Notes: generated by a model not told the origin, from the letters alone. Positions 12,101-20,770 are shown, counted from the stretch's first letter. The stretch is 64,000 nt of DNA from a virus (IMGVR_UViG_3300005613_000041:11239-75238); one strand, 5' to 3'. Numbers and translations: made by a program.

Positions 12101-15100
12101 AGTAATCAATATCTTGGTGCTTTATATAGTGTAAATGGAGAAAGAACTATTACTGATATCTTATCTGAAAGACAAAATGCTTCTGTAGATAATGAAAAAT
12201 TACAGGTTTTAGGAAAACTTAATCTTAATCAATATACTATGGCTACTGACCGAGCACTTATATTTTTAGGATTAGACAAAGGTGAAAAAGTAGTACATAA
12301 TGGAAAAACAATAGATAACATTTCATTCTTTATACTTAACCAACCTATCATTAGAGAATTCGTATTTGAAATGGAGAAAGCATCTTCTCAATTAGGAGGA
12401 TGGAGTTCTGATGTTCAGTCAGAAGTTGTAAATAATTTAAACATAAGATATACAGTTGATGAGAAAGATGTAAAATATAAAAGTGAAGATTTAACTAATT
12501 CCATATTGTATAAAGAACTATCTGAGAAACCTACAAATGCTATTCAATTGGCTGTATTAGATACATTCTTGGAATTAAAGAAAATTGGTGAAGATATTTC
12601 TGTATTAGAAGGAAGAATTAATCTTGATAGTAAAGGATTAGGTAAATCCTTATTTGATACAATTAATTCTACAGATAAGTTTTATAAATTAAAAAAACTA
12701 TCAGAAAATGATGAATTTTCATTTACTAATGTTGAAAGATTATATCAGACTATTCAAGCTAACATAACAGATATTGGTTTAAAAGCGTCAAGTAAATGGT
12801 TAAAACATTATCCTTATCAGACTGAATTCCTTCTTGATACAGTTGCTGATTTAGAACAGATATTATATCCTTTTGAGGATGATACTAGAAATTTATCTAC
12901 TGAAAGAAAACAAGAATTATTTAAAGAATTCAAAAAGTTTTTAAATAGTGGTAGTACTTCTTTGTTTATAGAAAAAGATGTTAATAAAGAAAGATATAGA
13001 TTGAGTGTTGATAAGAATGAAAAAGTATCTTTAGCAAAATATTTAAGAGATTTAATAGAAAGTGATAAATATTCATCAATTAATAAAAATAAATTACTAA
13101 CTGCTTTAAATTTTGAAATAGAAACTAATGGTAATTATTCATTAATAAAATTTGATAATGCTTCAGGTGAAGCTTTTGGAGAAGATACTCTTAAAAATGC
13201 TTTTGTTGAACTATTATCTGTAGATATTGAATTACCTGATTTTAACGGTATGAAATATTCTACAAATAAATTAGCACAAGATCTTATTTCTTACTCTTTC
13301 TTAGAAGGTGGTATTCAAGAAGCTACTCAATTTGTTAAATTTATACCATTTACCTATTTGGAACAATCTGGATATATTGATCATATCAACTATATTGATA
13401 GTAGATTGAGAAATTCAGATAATGTAGATGAATTTTTTGAAGTACTAGGTGAGAATAAAATAAATAAATTTATTAGACAATATATTCGTCATAATCCAGA
13501 AATATTACCTAAGATCAAAGTTGATGATAGTCAACTAAGAGATTTAAGAAATAATATTTCTATTCAAATACCTTATGATAAAATACCAGAGAATGCTACT
13601 TACATAGCCGTATATGATAAAAATATAAAGTCAGAAAAGAAAAAGCATCATTTATTATATGTTAATTATGAAAGAAGTACTTTAGATCCTATTAGTCAAT
13701 TAGGTAGTCAATTTATGAGTGAATATGATATGAATAGTGAAGTGTTAGATCCACAATCAGTAATTAGACATTCTGGTGATCTAACAGAAAGTGATACTGT
13801 TAATGTTGTATTTGAAAATGATGATTGGAGATTGTTATCTAATTTTGCTTATAGTCCAATTAAAGATCCAAAATTGAAAGGTACAGAATTCAAATCAGTC
13901 GAACAGGCTTTTCAATATCATAAAGCTATTATAGCATTAAAACAAGCTAAACTTGCTGGTAATCAAGAGGTAATAGAACTTATTAAAAAAGTTGGTAGTC
14001 AAATTATAAACGAAAGTAATGGTTATAAACTAAAATCTCTTGGAAAAGAAATTGTATTTATCAATATAAAAGAATGGGATGAAAAGAAAGTTGATATCAT
14101 GAGACATCTTCTTAAATTGAAATTTGATACAAATGGGTTTGCTAAGAAGAAGTTACTTGAAACTGGTAGTGCTATTATTACTCATGAACTGAAAAATAAA
14201 GATGAATGGACAAAAGAATTTCCTAAATTACTAACAGAACTTAGAGATATTTATAAAGGAAAAAGTATTCCAGTCAAAGATGACAGTAAAACATCTAATG
14301 TTAGTTCTGGTATTGAATACAAAATAGTACTATTCAATAGTAAGAATGTTAATGAAGTACTTGATCATATTGTCAATGATAATAAAGTAGAAAGAGGTTT
14401 AATTGAATTAGCTAAATGGTTAAAGACAATAAAAAATCAACCTAATGTAAAATTTTCAACAGAAGAAGGATATGGTGCTACTTATGACGATAATACTAAA
14501 ACCATATCTATAGGAAGAGATCTTTTAGACTTAACAGATGATACTTTCATTCCTAATACAATTGATTTGACTTTACAAAATAATATTGCCAGATTAATTC
14601 TTCATGAATATATTCATGCTATTACGATACCTGAATTAAAAAAATATGAGAATAATTATGAAAATGCTCCTACATATGTTAAAAATCTATTAAGTGTATT
14701 TGAAAAAGCTCAAAAATTAGCTGATCCTGAACTGATGGAGTCTATGAAGAAAAAAATAGATAATAAACGTAGAAATAAACCTTCAGAAAAGTTTATAAAT
14801 GAAGAACTTATAGAGTATGGATTGGTTGATAAATTTGAATTTATTACTGAGCTTCTTACTAATAAGAAATTTATGGAAAAACTTAATGTTGTTCCAGAAG
14901 GTACATCATTCTTAACAAACTTAAAAGATTTCTTCAAATCTATACTTGAAGCATTTGGTATAAGAGTTAAAAATAATAGTCTACTTGAAGAAGGTGTAGA
15001 AGCTATTACTCAACTAATAGAAAATGCTAATTTCACTACAGAAAATGTATTACCTTGGAAAGCTGAAGTTGATAAAAAACAGCAAATAGATCAAAACTAT

Positions 15101-15193
15101 TCTGTAACTAATCGTGACTTTTCTAGTACACAGAGTGAAATTGATCAATTAAAATCTACATTTAAAGATGCAGATGGAAAAACAATATGTTAA
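3110..15193 (+). CDS. Giant 4027-aa virion protein, crAss-like virion RNAP-type: DxDxD double-psi-beta-barrel motif, C-terminal NADAR-like domain and HExxH zincin peptidase motif
   Basis: Uninterrupted 12-kb ORF; 'GLDFDVDKEN' (~11590-11620) matches the catalytic DxDxD of crAss-like virion RNAPs; NADAR/YbiA-like block 'FENDDWRLLSNFAYSP...EQAFQYHKA...KLKF...LLETG...EWTKEF' (~13800-14230); 'LILHEYIHAI' HExxH (~14600). Confidence 0.7.
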   Translation: MDNKYTIPVNTGIGGYNIDNETVAEVTRLIPNATTESLGSPNLTMRLANAQPWQEKALKGGWNFAVNALGMGSMMVGSLDPRMLVGAVSDTERTYSNFFTEFGKEFMEQNLATIYEQNPGSVNFTDPGWWFNRIGDTGAILGIVGETALETIALGGIGKLATSVTTGARLARITSMINKVRNTRSLATGTFAFSGMREAVLESNDVFESTYESLKRSGINEEMARENAAQAAAFSFRANAIPKAVLGALQARMMTYSPLVGLKSADVLDEALSKIQSPLKRNLTRIGLEGGSEAFEEGYQSAISGYAAYKADLMSDLTNPFEVSNYMNMSDIFNSAFVGFLGGSTLMPAVGAVMNKALGRSKDPYKEIYDQNITAGNGIKLEMMKNLSEAIKNDDKKTIDRIQSELNGYNVLEAIWLDNVAGKDDALYSDYMSFLDNTLKSIQENNSEELSKIGIDENTNLEDIKGRFLEFKSDAEFIKSVFEQESEEANIHTIKPIVGIRVSLKQLDERIADEQSDLQKIKSENESIGLSIEQRILFDSATEIEALKYTISDLETISNRTLKPNVRNKYQKIIENLKKELTEKVENFEGRVVRDNKYKKAVNHVAHIKFYEATKTIKGQELDEWRDSKKSKEKVKDMFQSLVDNAKTKESVDNIKEAAQETNNPEIIDAVEEAASNKVEDTSNQAKIKTVEELNNKAEKEVVFQDLKKEAEKVEKQEAKKKSESKDLNKPIVVDSMDDLADDYSFYPGEKSTLDKSALEKVKFSMRRLSYKINSRTPSFKEAIEELLTDIDYDRVKSIYHIAVIGWEENIKEDPNRYKRSNYQEIYDNLFNSNKEIISELESVLGSEKTDKIKNKKEETTPPKYILKGATSNYEGSQLSFVAVRKEQIVTIDEQGNVIVNWENIKDASIFDNEFLSNSKDLANPDKFGIGTELEATIHPQHKKIPVKLYFDELFDIDSNSTDFRKGVRIIYFVNNKGERIHRTPTFSEYEEGVTITYEKPSSRKNSQKEGIQSESKYIKFEKDSELYWDYIPIVVYEKGNTPNDGLAFLHVPNWNSRFTKSNSSFDENDAGYIAEEAYKRDKQSRSAVREAYENNKAATFKITKKGSGSYEQLRLPDENYVTLREGSKDNSLLGFIYKNNSINVIKDGELIENVTPQSSDSKIYIDAEDITTDSYNNRFFELRKVQNIEGKDVYLPFYVKEKDITEEEFDSIFNAINLYLSSNSNRKKIDEIASKSRLDISTPQGLYEYLSLFINVNMNQSDAVIKVVNFDKSGKTYGDIKIGNKIYKKGSLVDRSVFTEAINSSRKGLMRRTDFKGMLHDTQVLHIDNNYGIKSVNTYSEYLKDHLLTDIVNYNVGTEDNPIYTPTIQPVIGIVPESQVDIKTPIDIKDDYVKEVKEQPIVKDNVVVEDLSEKEAKIQKALNLVSLIVSSDERLTYQIGDISQYNAISIGPEQRLEYIKELNLIPNLLPFEQEEIVSNIFHQLNYHIKNSDIDSLTKNDIKNIIQNIIADEVGSKLNEVIDSIEEITQIADEFDFTNLLSDLNLAKDKLSSIIDNSDRILDLVNDRLISMKTIVDKEEDSEHVYDKGKEEVNMKDQASFEVRKFFQSIMDLDKDGNEKIGFLGMPVFVDMDRAFDVVTSLSADLGSNYHFIIDNLKKHHIAYPWLWYEGKEDESSSSIEEKRSKTLIGRIESTKNGDKLSSFQHQFVYLMNKHYTEMKMILIDKSKDENLKVYDTNSLSAKRALVNEWHNNIKTSNLVTYTNDREYVFVKEEAQKLLDEFKSLFKTPSSREINSLFNEDIESLEEGTFEIKGKRFMELKKAMKNSNSDRYLINARGNKNFLAVRNDNNTVTLSRVEGTHDIDSVHEWTKKFGIPLSKEYIQELFNKGVTTYDKKSRKKVNKKFKELFNYNTKANSYGGIFGYLALELEKIVASEKPMFFGIGKDISLNNYLILKTAQEEAKYTPAKIITSWRDGKKTIYGYTATNFITDRVRGLKNGNSIKMLRKASFNSQSEILNKLENNSSFRKAFNSFIPGKTLLKQIGSKPFGENDLSSLSDGDHEYAKIGFFQSVQGKELNSPIKVTVDDSTIKLPTRMTNMFGLTMSDKTAMEIFNTLALDLHDIDFDIDENNISIKEHIAEFLYQQVVKPELLRVDEFFRAPKYNIKGYNGGQFYLVPSINKLEFEYDGKTHVLIDYLKDNKLTEDVEKVIQPLIRSEVKRLVSHLVEKKLDSWKATNIIEDKDHNLNKKYLEKFRDKKVELATFDYVINYMWHNAEMFKLFAGDPANYFKLDSKNLKQKSVIDWTSEDYIKASKETFINVGKRLALLSAPGNKLSNSEGDSYIQLFIEDNESKAYMYEKLKEEFGDEIAKHYLSANETDAQEYTTWEEHLDILTRMGRMQDSLIDITVDDIEIARTIFSKVKDLSKLSVRERSALTKVLQPIKPVYTGQMYDSKHDIVRTVYVKSSSFPLIPQLTKGMELDKLRELMTHIQETKGMKVRASYQSANKVGAVKNPINLVDINSEEYRFNDILGSIKDNQEALDKLLSDSSLVLNRDNFRIQQDVPYKSAKNKHEITQGTQLAKLILGDGVLELTDFENGRDGKQIYTAYKEIYNDIYENRLALLNLDFSTVESLQEVLYAEADERGYTSQDKKYLELDNGGNFKISPAYAPNADKFEALLQSIINKRVIKLKIPGYSFVVGSEAGIVTKTIDELKDNDKNNIVWIDEPITGRKLDSHEILIPSKLVHPRTGKLIDLLNDGYAEIAKNSNGKTYWKLNKEMVDEDLLKVISFRIPTSKHSSMSLDKIVGFLPVESGDLMIVSSAKTIMKGLDFDVDKENTYSFYTDFDENEVLKPVHKIASYNKEKLLEELQSEKDNDKIKEIREKLHKVNINELISIQREVLNHPKVHEKTLEVLDTNDIETQANIFDELINKDDSNFTPLSDEYQKQKMLTGASGKLGTAIYSNDVTFNSIIQQLYLDNPDSTIYRALGHINIGGIASNQYLGALYSVNGERTITDILSERQNASVDNEKLQVLGKLNLNQYTMATDRALIFLGLDKGEKVVHNGKTIDNISFFILNQPIIREFVFEMEKASSQLGGWSSDVQSEVVNNLNIRYTVDEKDVKYKSEDLTNSILYKELSEKPTNAIQLAVLDTFLELKKIGEDISVLEGRINLDSKGLGKSLFDTINSTDKFYKLKKLSENDEFSFTNVERLYQTIQANITDIGLKASSKWLKHYPYQTEFLLDTVADLEQILYPFEDDTRNLSTERKQELFKEFKKFLNSGSTSLFIEKDVNKERYRLSVDKNEKVSLAKYLRDLIESDKYSSINKNKLLTALNFEIETNGNYSLIKFDNASGEAFGEDTLKNAFVELLSVDIELPDFNGMKYSTNKLAQDLISYSFLEGGIQEATQFVKFIPFTYLEQSGYIDHINYIDSRLRNSDNVDEFFEVLGENKINKFIRQYIRHNPEILPKIKVDDSQLRDLRNNISIQIPYDKIPENATYIAVYDKNIKSEKKKHHLLYVNYERSTLDPISQLGSQFMSEYDMNSEVLDPQSVIRHSGDLTESDTVNVVFENDDWRLLSNFAYSPIKDPKLKGTEFKSVEQAFQYHKAIIALKQAKLAGNQEVIELIKKVGSQIINESNGYKLKSLGKEIVFINIKEWDEKKVDIMRHLLKLKFDTNGFAKKKLLETGSAIITHELKNKDEWTKEFPKLLTELRDIYKGKSIPVKDDSKTSNVSSGIEYKIVLFNSKNVNEVLDHIVNDNKVERGLIELAKWLKTIKNQPNVKFSTEEGYGATYDDNTKTISIGRDLLDLTDDTFIPNTIDLTLQNNIARLILHEYIHAITIPELKKYENNYENAPTYVKNLLSVFEKAQKLADPELMESMKKKIDNKRRNKPSEKFINEELIEYGLVDKFEFITELLTNKKFMEKLNVVPEGTSFLTNLKDFFKSILEAFGIRVKNNSLLEEGVEAITQLIENANFTTENVLPWKAEVDKKQQIDQNYSVTNRDFSSTQSEIDQLKSTFKDADGKTIC

Positions 15194-15196
15194 AAT

Positions 15197-18100
15197 ATGG
15201 ACTGTAATTTAATACCTACAGTAGAAATTGAGGGTGCTAAAGTTCCTAGTGCCCTCTTTACTACTTTACAACAATATAGTAACAATAGAGAGGAAGCAAA
15301 GAATCTTTATTTGTATACTAAAACTAAAGAATTCCAATCTTGGAACCCAAAATTAGATAATTTTGGAGAAGCCATCGTTGAATATTATAACGAAGAACCT
15401 GTTTTTATAAATATTAATGATGAAGTAAAACCGTTATTTGAAAAATATTATTCTCCAGATGTAATTAGAGTTACTGCTGAACAGTATGAACAAGCTACAG
15501 GTGATTTTTTATTTGGAGAAATTCCTAAGAAACAATTTTCTAAACTTCTACAACAAAAACAGAATGTAGCTAAAAGTCTTCATCAAATAATTAATTTATC
15601 AAAAGCTGACACACCTAAAGAAATTACCAAAGTAGAAACTGCTAAAAGACTACTGTATGGTACTAAAAATGAAAAAGGTCTAGAAAGAGAAATAGCAGAG
15701 TTGACTTCAGATATCGAAGTTAAGAATGTTATTGATTATGCTACTCATACATTAAATCAAATTAGATCTCTAGTTGATGTTGGTGATTTTGATTCAGATA
15801 CATTAGCATTAGAATTAGCCAACTTTCTAGAAAGAGCTGGTTCATTTATTGATATGAGTCAGAATCCTTTGTTTGAAGAAGATGAACTTGCAAACATGAA
15901 TGAACAAGAAAAAAGTATTCTAGCAGATTTAGCTTTTCAAGCTTCTAATATAGTAAGTAGTGTGAAAATACAAAGTGCTAAAAACATTTATGAAAGAATT
16001 ATAGATGACCCTACTATATCAAAAAAGATTGATAAGAAAAAACTTACAGAAGATTATGTATTTTCTTCAAGTGGACTTAAAGATATTAGTTTATTTGATG
16101 AATATCTCATAGACCCTGCTAGTATTACTTTTGGAGAAACTAGTCCTTTAGGTCAAGTAATGAAGATTACTCTTGAAAATGCTTTTAATAGATCTAGAGG
16201 TGAAGTTAATTTTTTTGAAGAAAGATTAAATAATTTATTACCAACAGTAGAAAAAACTATCAGTTCATTAGAAGATGGAAAATACCAACTAGGATCTATG
16301 GGTATTCAAAGTAAAGGTGTTGTTTGGGATATATTTTATGAAACAGACGATAATGGTAAAAAAACAGGTAATTTAGTAAACAGATATTCTAGTAAATGGT
16401 TTGACGAATTCAAACACAATCAGTATTTAACCAATAAAAAAATAATGAACATTTGGTCTACTGATGGTACTAATAAATCTGGTAGAGTTAATGCAGCTTT
16501 AAATGAACAAAGAAAATGGATAAAAAATAATTCTATCATTCTCGATTTTACAGCTGTATCACAGATAATGGAGTATATTAATAATCATCCTGTTCTTAAA
16601 GAATTAAATATTCAAGCTGCTGAAGAAGAAGTTAATAAAGATACACTGAATATTACTGATAAACATTTTGAAGAGATTGTAGAAGAACAGATAAAATTAT
16701 TAGAAGAATATGCTAATAAATATGATGCTGTTTTGAAAGCTGAACTCATTAAAGAAGAAGTAGAATCATTTGATGATCTGTCAAGAGAAGGAAAAACTGC
16801 TATCCAAGAGTGGATTCTAAAATATTCACCAATGAATGGTTATTCGAATTTTGTATTAGATACAGCAGCAGAACTTGAAAAAGTTGAAAGTGATGAAAAA
16901 TCATATGTAGTATTTAATACATTTGATTATAATGTCAAAATACCAAGAAAGATAAAAAGTAGATTAGAAACAAGAAATGGAAAATCAGTTGAAATTAAAA
17001 AAGAAACCAACTATTACAATGATAAATTTAACTTGATTGAACAACACGATGACTTGTATCAATTTAGAAATTTAGCAAATGAGATTTTAACTTATGTAAA
17101 TTCAGCTTTACCAACAAGTGCTAAACATACATTATCTCATAATGCTATTCCATTACTACATAAGAATCTTAGTGAGATAATGTTTGATCCTAAAATAGAT
17201 TTTTTTGCTAAATTAACTAATATTAGAAGATATTTGTATGATTATTTAAGAAAAATGCTAACTATTGATGAACCTGACAGTGTAACGAAATCTACTCTGA
17301 ATCCTTTAACAGGTGAACCTGAAAAAAGAGTTAATGATTCATTTTTAAGATCAAACAAGAAAGATATTAGTATTAGATTTAATGTTGAAAAAGCTAAATT
17401 CAATTCACTATCAGATAATACCTCAGTGGTAATAAAAGATAGATATACTGTAGCATTTTATGAAACTTTGTCTCAAGAACAATTAACAATGTTGAGAGAT
17501 CGCTTGAATTTCAATTTTAAAAATAAAAATGAACTTTATGAAAGATTAGGATTAGAAGTAAAAGAAAAAATTCCAGTTGGGAAAATACTTTATAATTATT
17601 CAACTGATTATATTATAGACAATAGAAGTTATAATCTTCACAAATCATTATTACTATTTACTCAAGCTGCTGCTGATTATAAGGCTAGATCTGAAGTCAA
17701 GCCATTTATTGATGTAGTTATGGAAAAATTTAAAGAAATTAAAAAAATTGAAACAGGCAGGACAAATGAAGAAAAAATAAATGAATCTATATCTGGTACA
17801 AATATTATTGCTCATGGGTCTCGTAAAAAAGATGTATCAAGATATGAATCTTGGTATGATAGAGTTGTATTAGGAAATTATCAAGGTAAAGATGTTGGTG
17901 TTACAGATAAAAAAATTTATTCTCATGAAGAGAAGTTACTTTTAAAAGAGTTAAATAATTTAGAAGGAGATGATATTGAAATTCTTAAAAAACAAATAGG
18001 AACAAATCTAACAGCCACTAGATTTTGGCAAGCTCTCCTTACTTTTATAAGAATGAAAGCTTTAGGTTGGAACTTACCAGCTTCTTTAACTAACCTGATG

Positions 18101-19600
18101 GAAGGTCAGATTTCTAATGAATTGTTAGCACAAACAGAAGAATTTTTTAGTCTTGATAATTGGTATAAAGCTACAAACATCTATGCGTATGGATCAAAAG
18201 AAGATAAAAAGAAGATGAAAGTTCTTATGAACAAGTTTGATATTCTTCAAGATTCTAGTAATATGTTCCAAAAAGCTGAAATTAAATCAGCTTTAAGTAA
18301 ATTAAATAAGTTAAGTCCATTTCAATTTACAAGAACTGTAGAATGGTTTAACCAATCACCTTTAATGGTAGCTCTTTTAATGGAAGAAAAAATTAAAGAT
18401 TCAGAAGGTAACGAAGTTTCTTTATGGAATGCTTTTGATGAAAATGGTCACTTAAAAAAGGGGTTCAGCCAAGGTGAATTTGGAGAACAAAATATTCAAA
18501 ATTGGGAAAAACTTGATGGACCTGATTATAATAACTATAAGAATAAACAGATTAAAGTTATTGTAAAACATCATGGTGACTATGATGCTAATAGAGGTAT
18601 CAAAATAAAAGAAACTTATACTGGTAAATCATTACTTATGTTTAAAGGTTGGTTACCAATGTATATTAATAAATTTTTTGCTGATCAACATCTGGATTTT
18701 GAAACTGGTAAAACAATTAAAGGATATTATCGTTCACAAACAAGATCTTCTGGAAGTTTATCAGGATTTCTTATTGGTATGACAGTAGGTGGTTTACCTA
18801 TGGGAGCATTTTTAGGATTAGCTGGTTATGGGCTAGGTGTTTTAAATAAAGTTGATTCAGATACAAATTATTTTCAAACTCTACTAATAGATAGTAAATC
18901 ATTAGTTAAAAAATTATATGGTATTCCTTTAAATAGATTAGCTGGTAAAAAAATTGCTAATACATCTACATATCAAGAATATAAAGATTTAGGTTTTACA
19001 GAATTAGATGCTAGAAACTTACAAGCTAATTTATCACAAATGAGTGTTTTACTTACATTTGTGTTAATGTCTATGATAGTCAAAGCTGCTTTATGGGATG
19101 ATGAAGATGATAAAGACAGCAGTAGAAGAAAAGCTCATAACTTACTGATGAACAAATTAGGAAATCTTATTGGTCAAATAACAATGTATACACAACCTCA
19201 AGATTTTTGGAATGACATGGTTGTTCAGAATGGTGTTATTAAAACGATAAGTGATGTTTTTGATGTAGCTGGTGATGTTAGCGGATATATACAAGGTATA
19301 GATACATATTCTGGAGGTTATAGATCAGGAGAATCAAAATTAGCTACTTCATTCTCAAGAGCGTTCTTACCAGTACCAGCCAAAATGATTATCAATCAAG
19401 ACTTCTCATTCGGTTTTGATGCTTATATGAAAAGACAATTTGAAACAAATTGGATTGATTATGAATTTTCTCCAAGAGAAGAAAAACTTAAAGAAATAGC
19501 CAGAAGCAAAAGATCAAAAAGAAGAAAAGAATTATTAGATGAAGGTTTAACACCAAAAGAAGCTAATAAAATTCTTCGAAAAGAAGGCTTATACGATTAA
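15197..19600 (+). CDS. Large 1467-aa virion protein, candidate ejection/cargo or tape-measure-like protein
   Basis: 4.4-kb ORF immediately after the giant gene; Gly-rich hydrophobic segments near the C-terminus (GFLIGMTVGGLPMGAFLGLAGYGLGVL); basic C-terminal tail. Confidence 0.55.
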   Translation: MDCNLIPTVEIEGAKVPSALFTTLQQYSNNREEAKNLYLYTKTKEFQSWNPKLDNFGEAIVEYYNEEPVFININDEVKPLFEKYYSPDVIRVTAEQYEQATGDFLFGEIPKKQFSKLLQQKQNVAKSLHQIINLSKADTPKEITKVETAKRLLYGTKNEKGLEREIAELTSDIEVKNVIDYATHTLNQIRSLVDVGDFDSDTLALELANFLERAGSFIDMSQNPLFEEDELANMNEQEKSILADLAFQASNIVSSVKIQSAKNIYERIIDDPTISKKIDKKKLTEDYVFSSSGLKDISLFDEYLIDPASITFGETSPLGQVMKITLENAFNRSRGEVNFFEERLNNLLPTVEKTISSLEDGKYQLGSMGIQSKGVVWDIFYETDDNGKKTGNLVNRYSSKWFDEFKHNQYLTNKKIMNIWSTDGTNKSGRVNAALNEQRKWIKNNSIILDFTAVSQIMEYINNHPVLKELNIQAAEEEVNKDTLNITDKHFEEIVEEQIKLLEEYANKYDAVLKAELIKEEVESFDDLSREGKTAIQEWILKYSPMNGYSNFVLDTAAELEKVESDEKSYVVFNTFDYNVKIPRKIKSRLETRNGKSVEIKKETNYYNDKFNLIEQHDDLYQFRNLANEILTYVNSALPTSAKHTLSHNAIPLLHKNLSEIMFDPKIDFFAKLTNIRRYLYDYLRKMLTIDEPDSVTKSTLNPLTGEPEKRVNDSFLRSNKKDISIRFNVEKAKFNSLSDNTSVVIKDRYTVAFYETLSQEQLTMLRDRLNFNFKNKNELYERLGLEVKEKIPVGKILYNYSTDYIIDNRSYNLHKSLLLFTQAAADYKARSEVKPFIDVVMEKFKEIKKIETGRTNEEKINESISGTNIIAHGSRKKDVSRYESWYDRVVLGNYQGKDVGVTDKKIYSHEEKLLLKELNNLEGDDIEILKKQIGTNLTATRFWQALLTFIRMKALGWNLPASLTNLMEGQISNELLAQTEEFFSLDNWYKATNIYAYGSKEDKKKMKVLMNKFDILQDSSNMFQKAEIKSALSKLNKLSPFQFTRTVEWFNQSPLMVALLMEEKIKDSEGNEVSLWNAFDENGHLKKGFSQGEFGEQNIQNWEKLDGPDYNNYKNKQIKVIVKHHGDYDANRGIKIKETYTGKSLLMFKGWLPMYINKFFADQHLDFETGKTIKGYYRSQTRSSGSLSGFLIGMTVGGLPMGAFLGLAGYGLGVLNKVDSDTNYFQTLLIDSKSLVKKLYGIPLNRLAGKKIANTSTYQEYKDLGFTELDARNLQANLSQMSVLLTFVLMSMIVKAALWDDEDDKDSSRRKAHNLLMNKLGNLIGQITMYTQPQDFWNDMVVQNGVIKTISDVFDVAGDVSGYIQGIDTYSGGYRSGESKLATSFSRAFLPVPAKMIINQDFSFGFDAYMKRQFETNWIDYEFSPREEKLKEIARSKRSKRRKELLDEGLTPKEANKILRKEGLYD

Positions 19601-19615
19601 TGGTACAGAAAAAAA

Positions 19616-19640
19616 ATAGCGGAGCCTAAATGACTCCGCT
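19616..19640. terminator. Bidirectional rho-independent terminator between convergent gene blocks
   Basis: Inverted repeat AGCGGAG-N9-CUCCGCU, flanked by an A8 run on one side and a T-rich tract on the other; lies between the stops of the plus 15197..19600 gene and the minus dUTPase gene. Confidence 0.6.
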
Positions 19641-19647
19641 AATCTAT

Positions 19648-20130
19648 TTAATGAGATCCGGTACTACCAAATCCATTTTCACCCCTTTCGTAAGATTCAC
19701 TAAATTTTTCTACTACTTCAAACTGTGCTCTATATACTGGAGCAAGTACAGCTTGTGCTATTCGTTCTCCTTTTTTAACTGATTGTATAAAATTTCCTAT
19801 ATTATAAAGAATTACTTTTATTTCTCCATGATAATCAGCATCTATAGTACCAAAACTAGCAACTAATCCTTTTTTTAAAGCCAATCCACTACGAGGTCTA
19901 ATCTGTAATTCATACCCATCAGGGATATTACACATTAATCCTGTTCCGAACAGGATCTTAGAGTGTGGTGGTATATATACAACTGATGTTGTTTTTTTAA
20001 ATAGATCTACACCTTCACGAGACATATCAATTGCCGTATAAGCGCATAAATCCATACCTGAAGCATGTGAAGATTTATACTCAGGTTCTGGATACTTTAG
20101 ATCTATTCGTTCTACTTTTATATTTTTCAT
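19648..20130 (-). CDS. dut: dUTP diphosphatase (dUTPase)
   Basis: Classical trimeric dUTPase motifs: RSGLALK, GTIDADYHGE, GERIAQ, RGENGFGSTG. Confidence 0.9.
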   Translation of the reverse strand: MKNIKVERIDLKYPEPEYKSSHASGMDLCAYTAIDMSREGVDLFKKTTSVVYIPPHSKILFGTGLMCNIPDGYELQIRPRSGLALKKGLVASFGTIDADYHGEIKVILYNIGNFIQSVKKGERIAQAVLAPVYRAQFEVVEKFSESYERGENGFGSTGSH

Positions 20131-20395
20131 TTTTTCTTTTTTTTATAAAATTTTCTTTAAGACTATAAATTTGTTTCAAATCCGTCATATCTAACAGCGG
20201 ACTTTTACTCATACCATCAAAGAATTTATCAAGTGAAGCTTCTAATCCGACATCTGTAATATTACAATGGAATCTCAATTTCTGAAAGTTCATTGGATCT
20301 TCAGGTTGAAAAATAAGAGGATCTCTTTTGATTCTCTTATCAACATATTTCCAGTTATTAGCTGGGGTTTTATAAAACACGATAATTCTTTTCAT
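20081..20395 (-). CDS. Hypothetical protein (104 aa); overlaps the dut start by 50 nt in another frame
   Basis: ORF only; basic low-complexity C-terminal tail. Confidence 0.25.
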   Translation of the reverse strand: MKRIIVFYKTPANNWKYVDKRIKRDPLIFQPEDPMNFQKLRFHCNITDVGLEASLDKFFDGMSKSPLLDMTDLKQIYSLKENFIKKRKNEKYKSRTNRSKVSRT

Positions 20396-20419
20396 ACTAA
20401 TAAGAACTTTTTAATATTT

Positions 20420-20770
20420 TTAATTACATCCGGAATAACCACACGAATAACATATTGTACATCCATTTTCATGAACAAGTTGATTACCACAATTAGGACA
20501 AGCTTCAATAGCTTTTTCCCCATCTGGTATATACTTTTTAAGTACTCTAGAAATAGCACTCATAAAATCATTCAATCCATTACTCATCTTCTTACACTGA
20601 TGAATAACAAATTTAATGTCGGCGCCATGTCTTAACAACATTGAGGCTAAAACAGTTATAATTTTTTCATTAGGAGTAGTATCAGCGATGTTTTCAATAC
20701 TTACTTCATCACTTTCAAATTTATATACCCCTTTTTTAACTTTAACTGTATATCCACTAATGTCTCTTTT
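20420..20770 (-). CDS. Ribonucleotide reductase (class II-like) exon 3: C-terminal Cys-rich zinc-finger tail
   Basis: Frame open from ~20885 down to the stop at 20420; ends 'EACPNCGNQLVHENGCTICYSCGYSGCN', the CxxC...CxxC zinc finger typical of class II RNR C-termini; the 5' limit is approximate (20770-20782). Confidence 0.55.
   Translation of the reverse strand, partial: KRDISGYTVKVKKGVYKFESDEVSIENIADTTPNEKIITVLASMLLRHGADIKFVIHQCKKMSNGLNDFMSAISRVLKKYIPDGEKAIEACPNCGNQLVHENGCTICYSCGYSGCN

Noticed and set aside
2488-14937. Short minus-strand ORFs (2488..2745, 3451..3636, 7154..7369, 7627..7842, 10249..10437, 14710..14937) and plus ORF 9168..9365 inside the giant plus-strand genes
   Set aside because: All lie antisense or out of frame within long, strongly coding plus-strand ORFs. 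They have low-complexity translations and no independent support, so they are almost certainly spurious.
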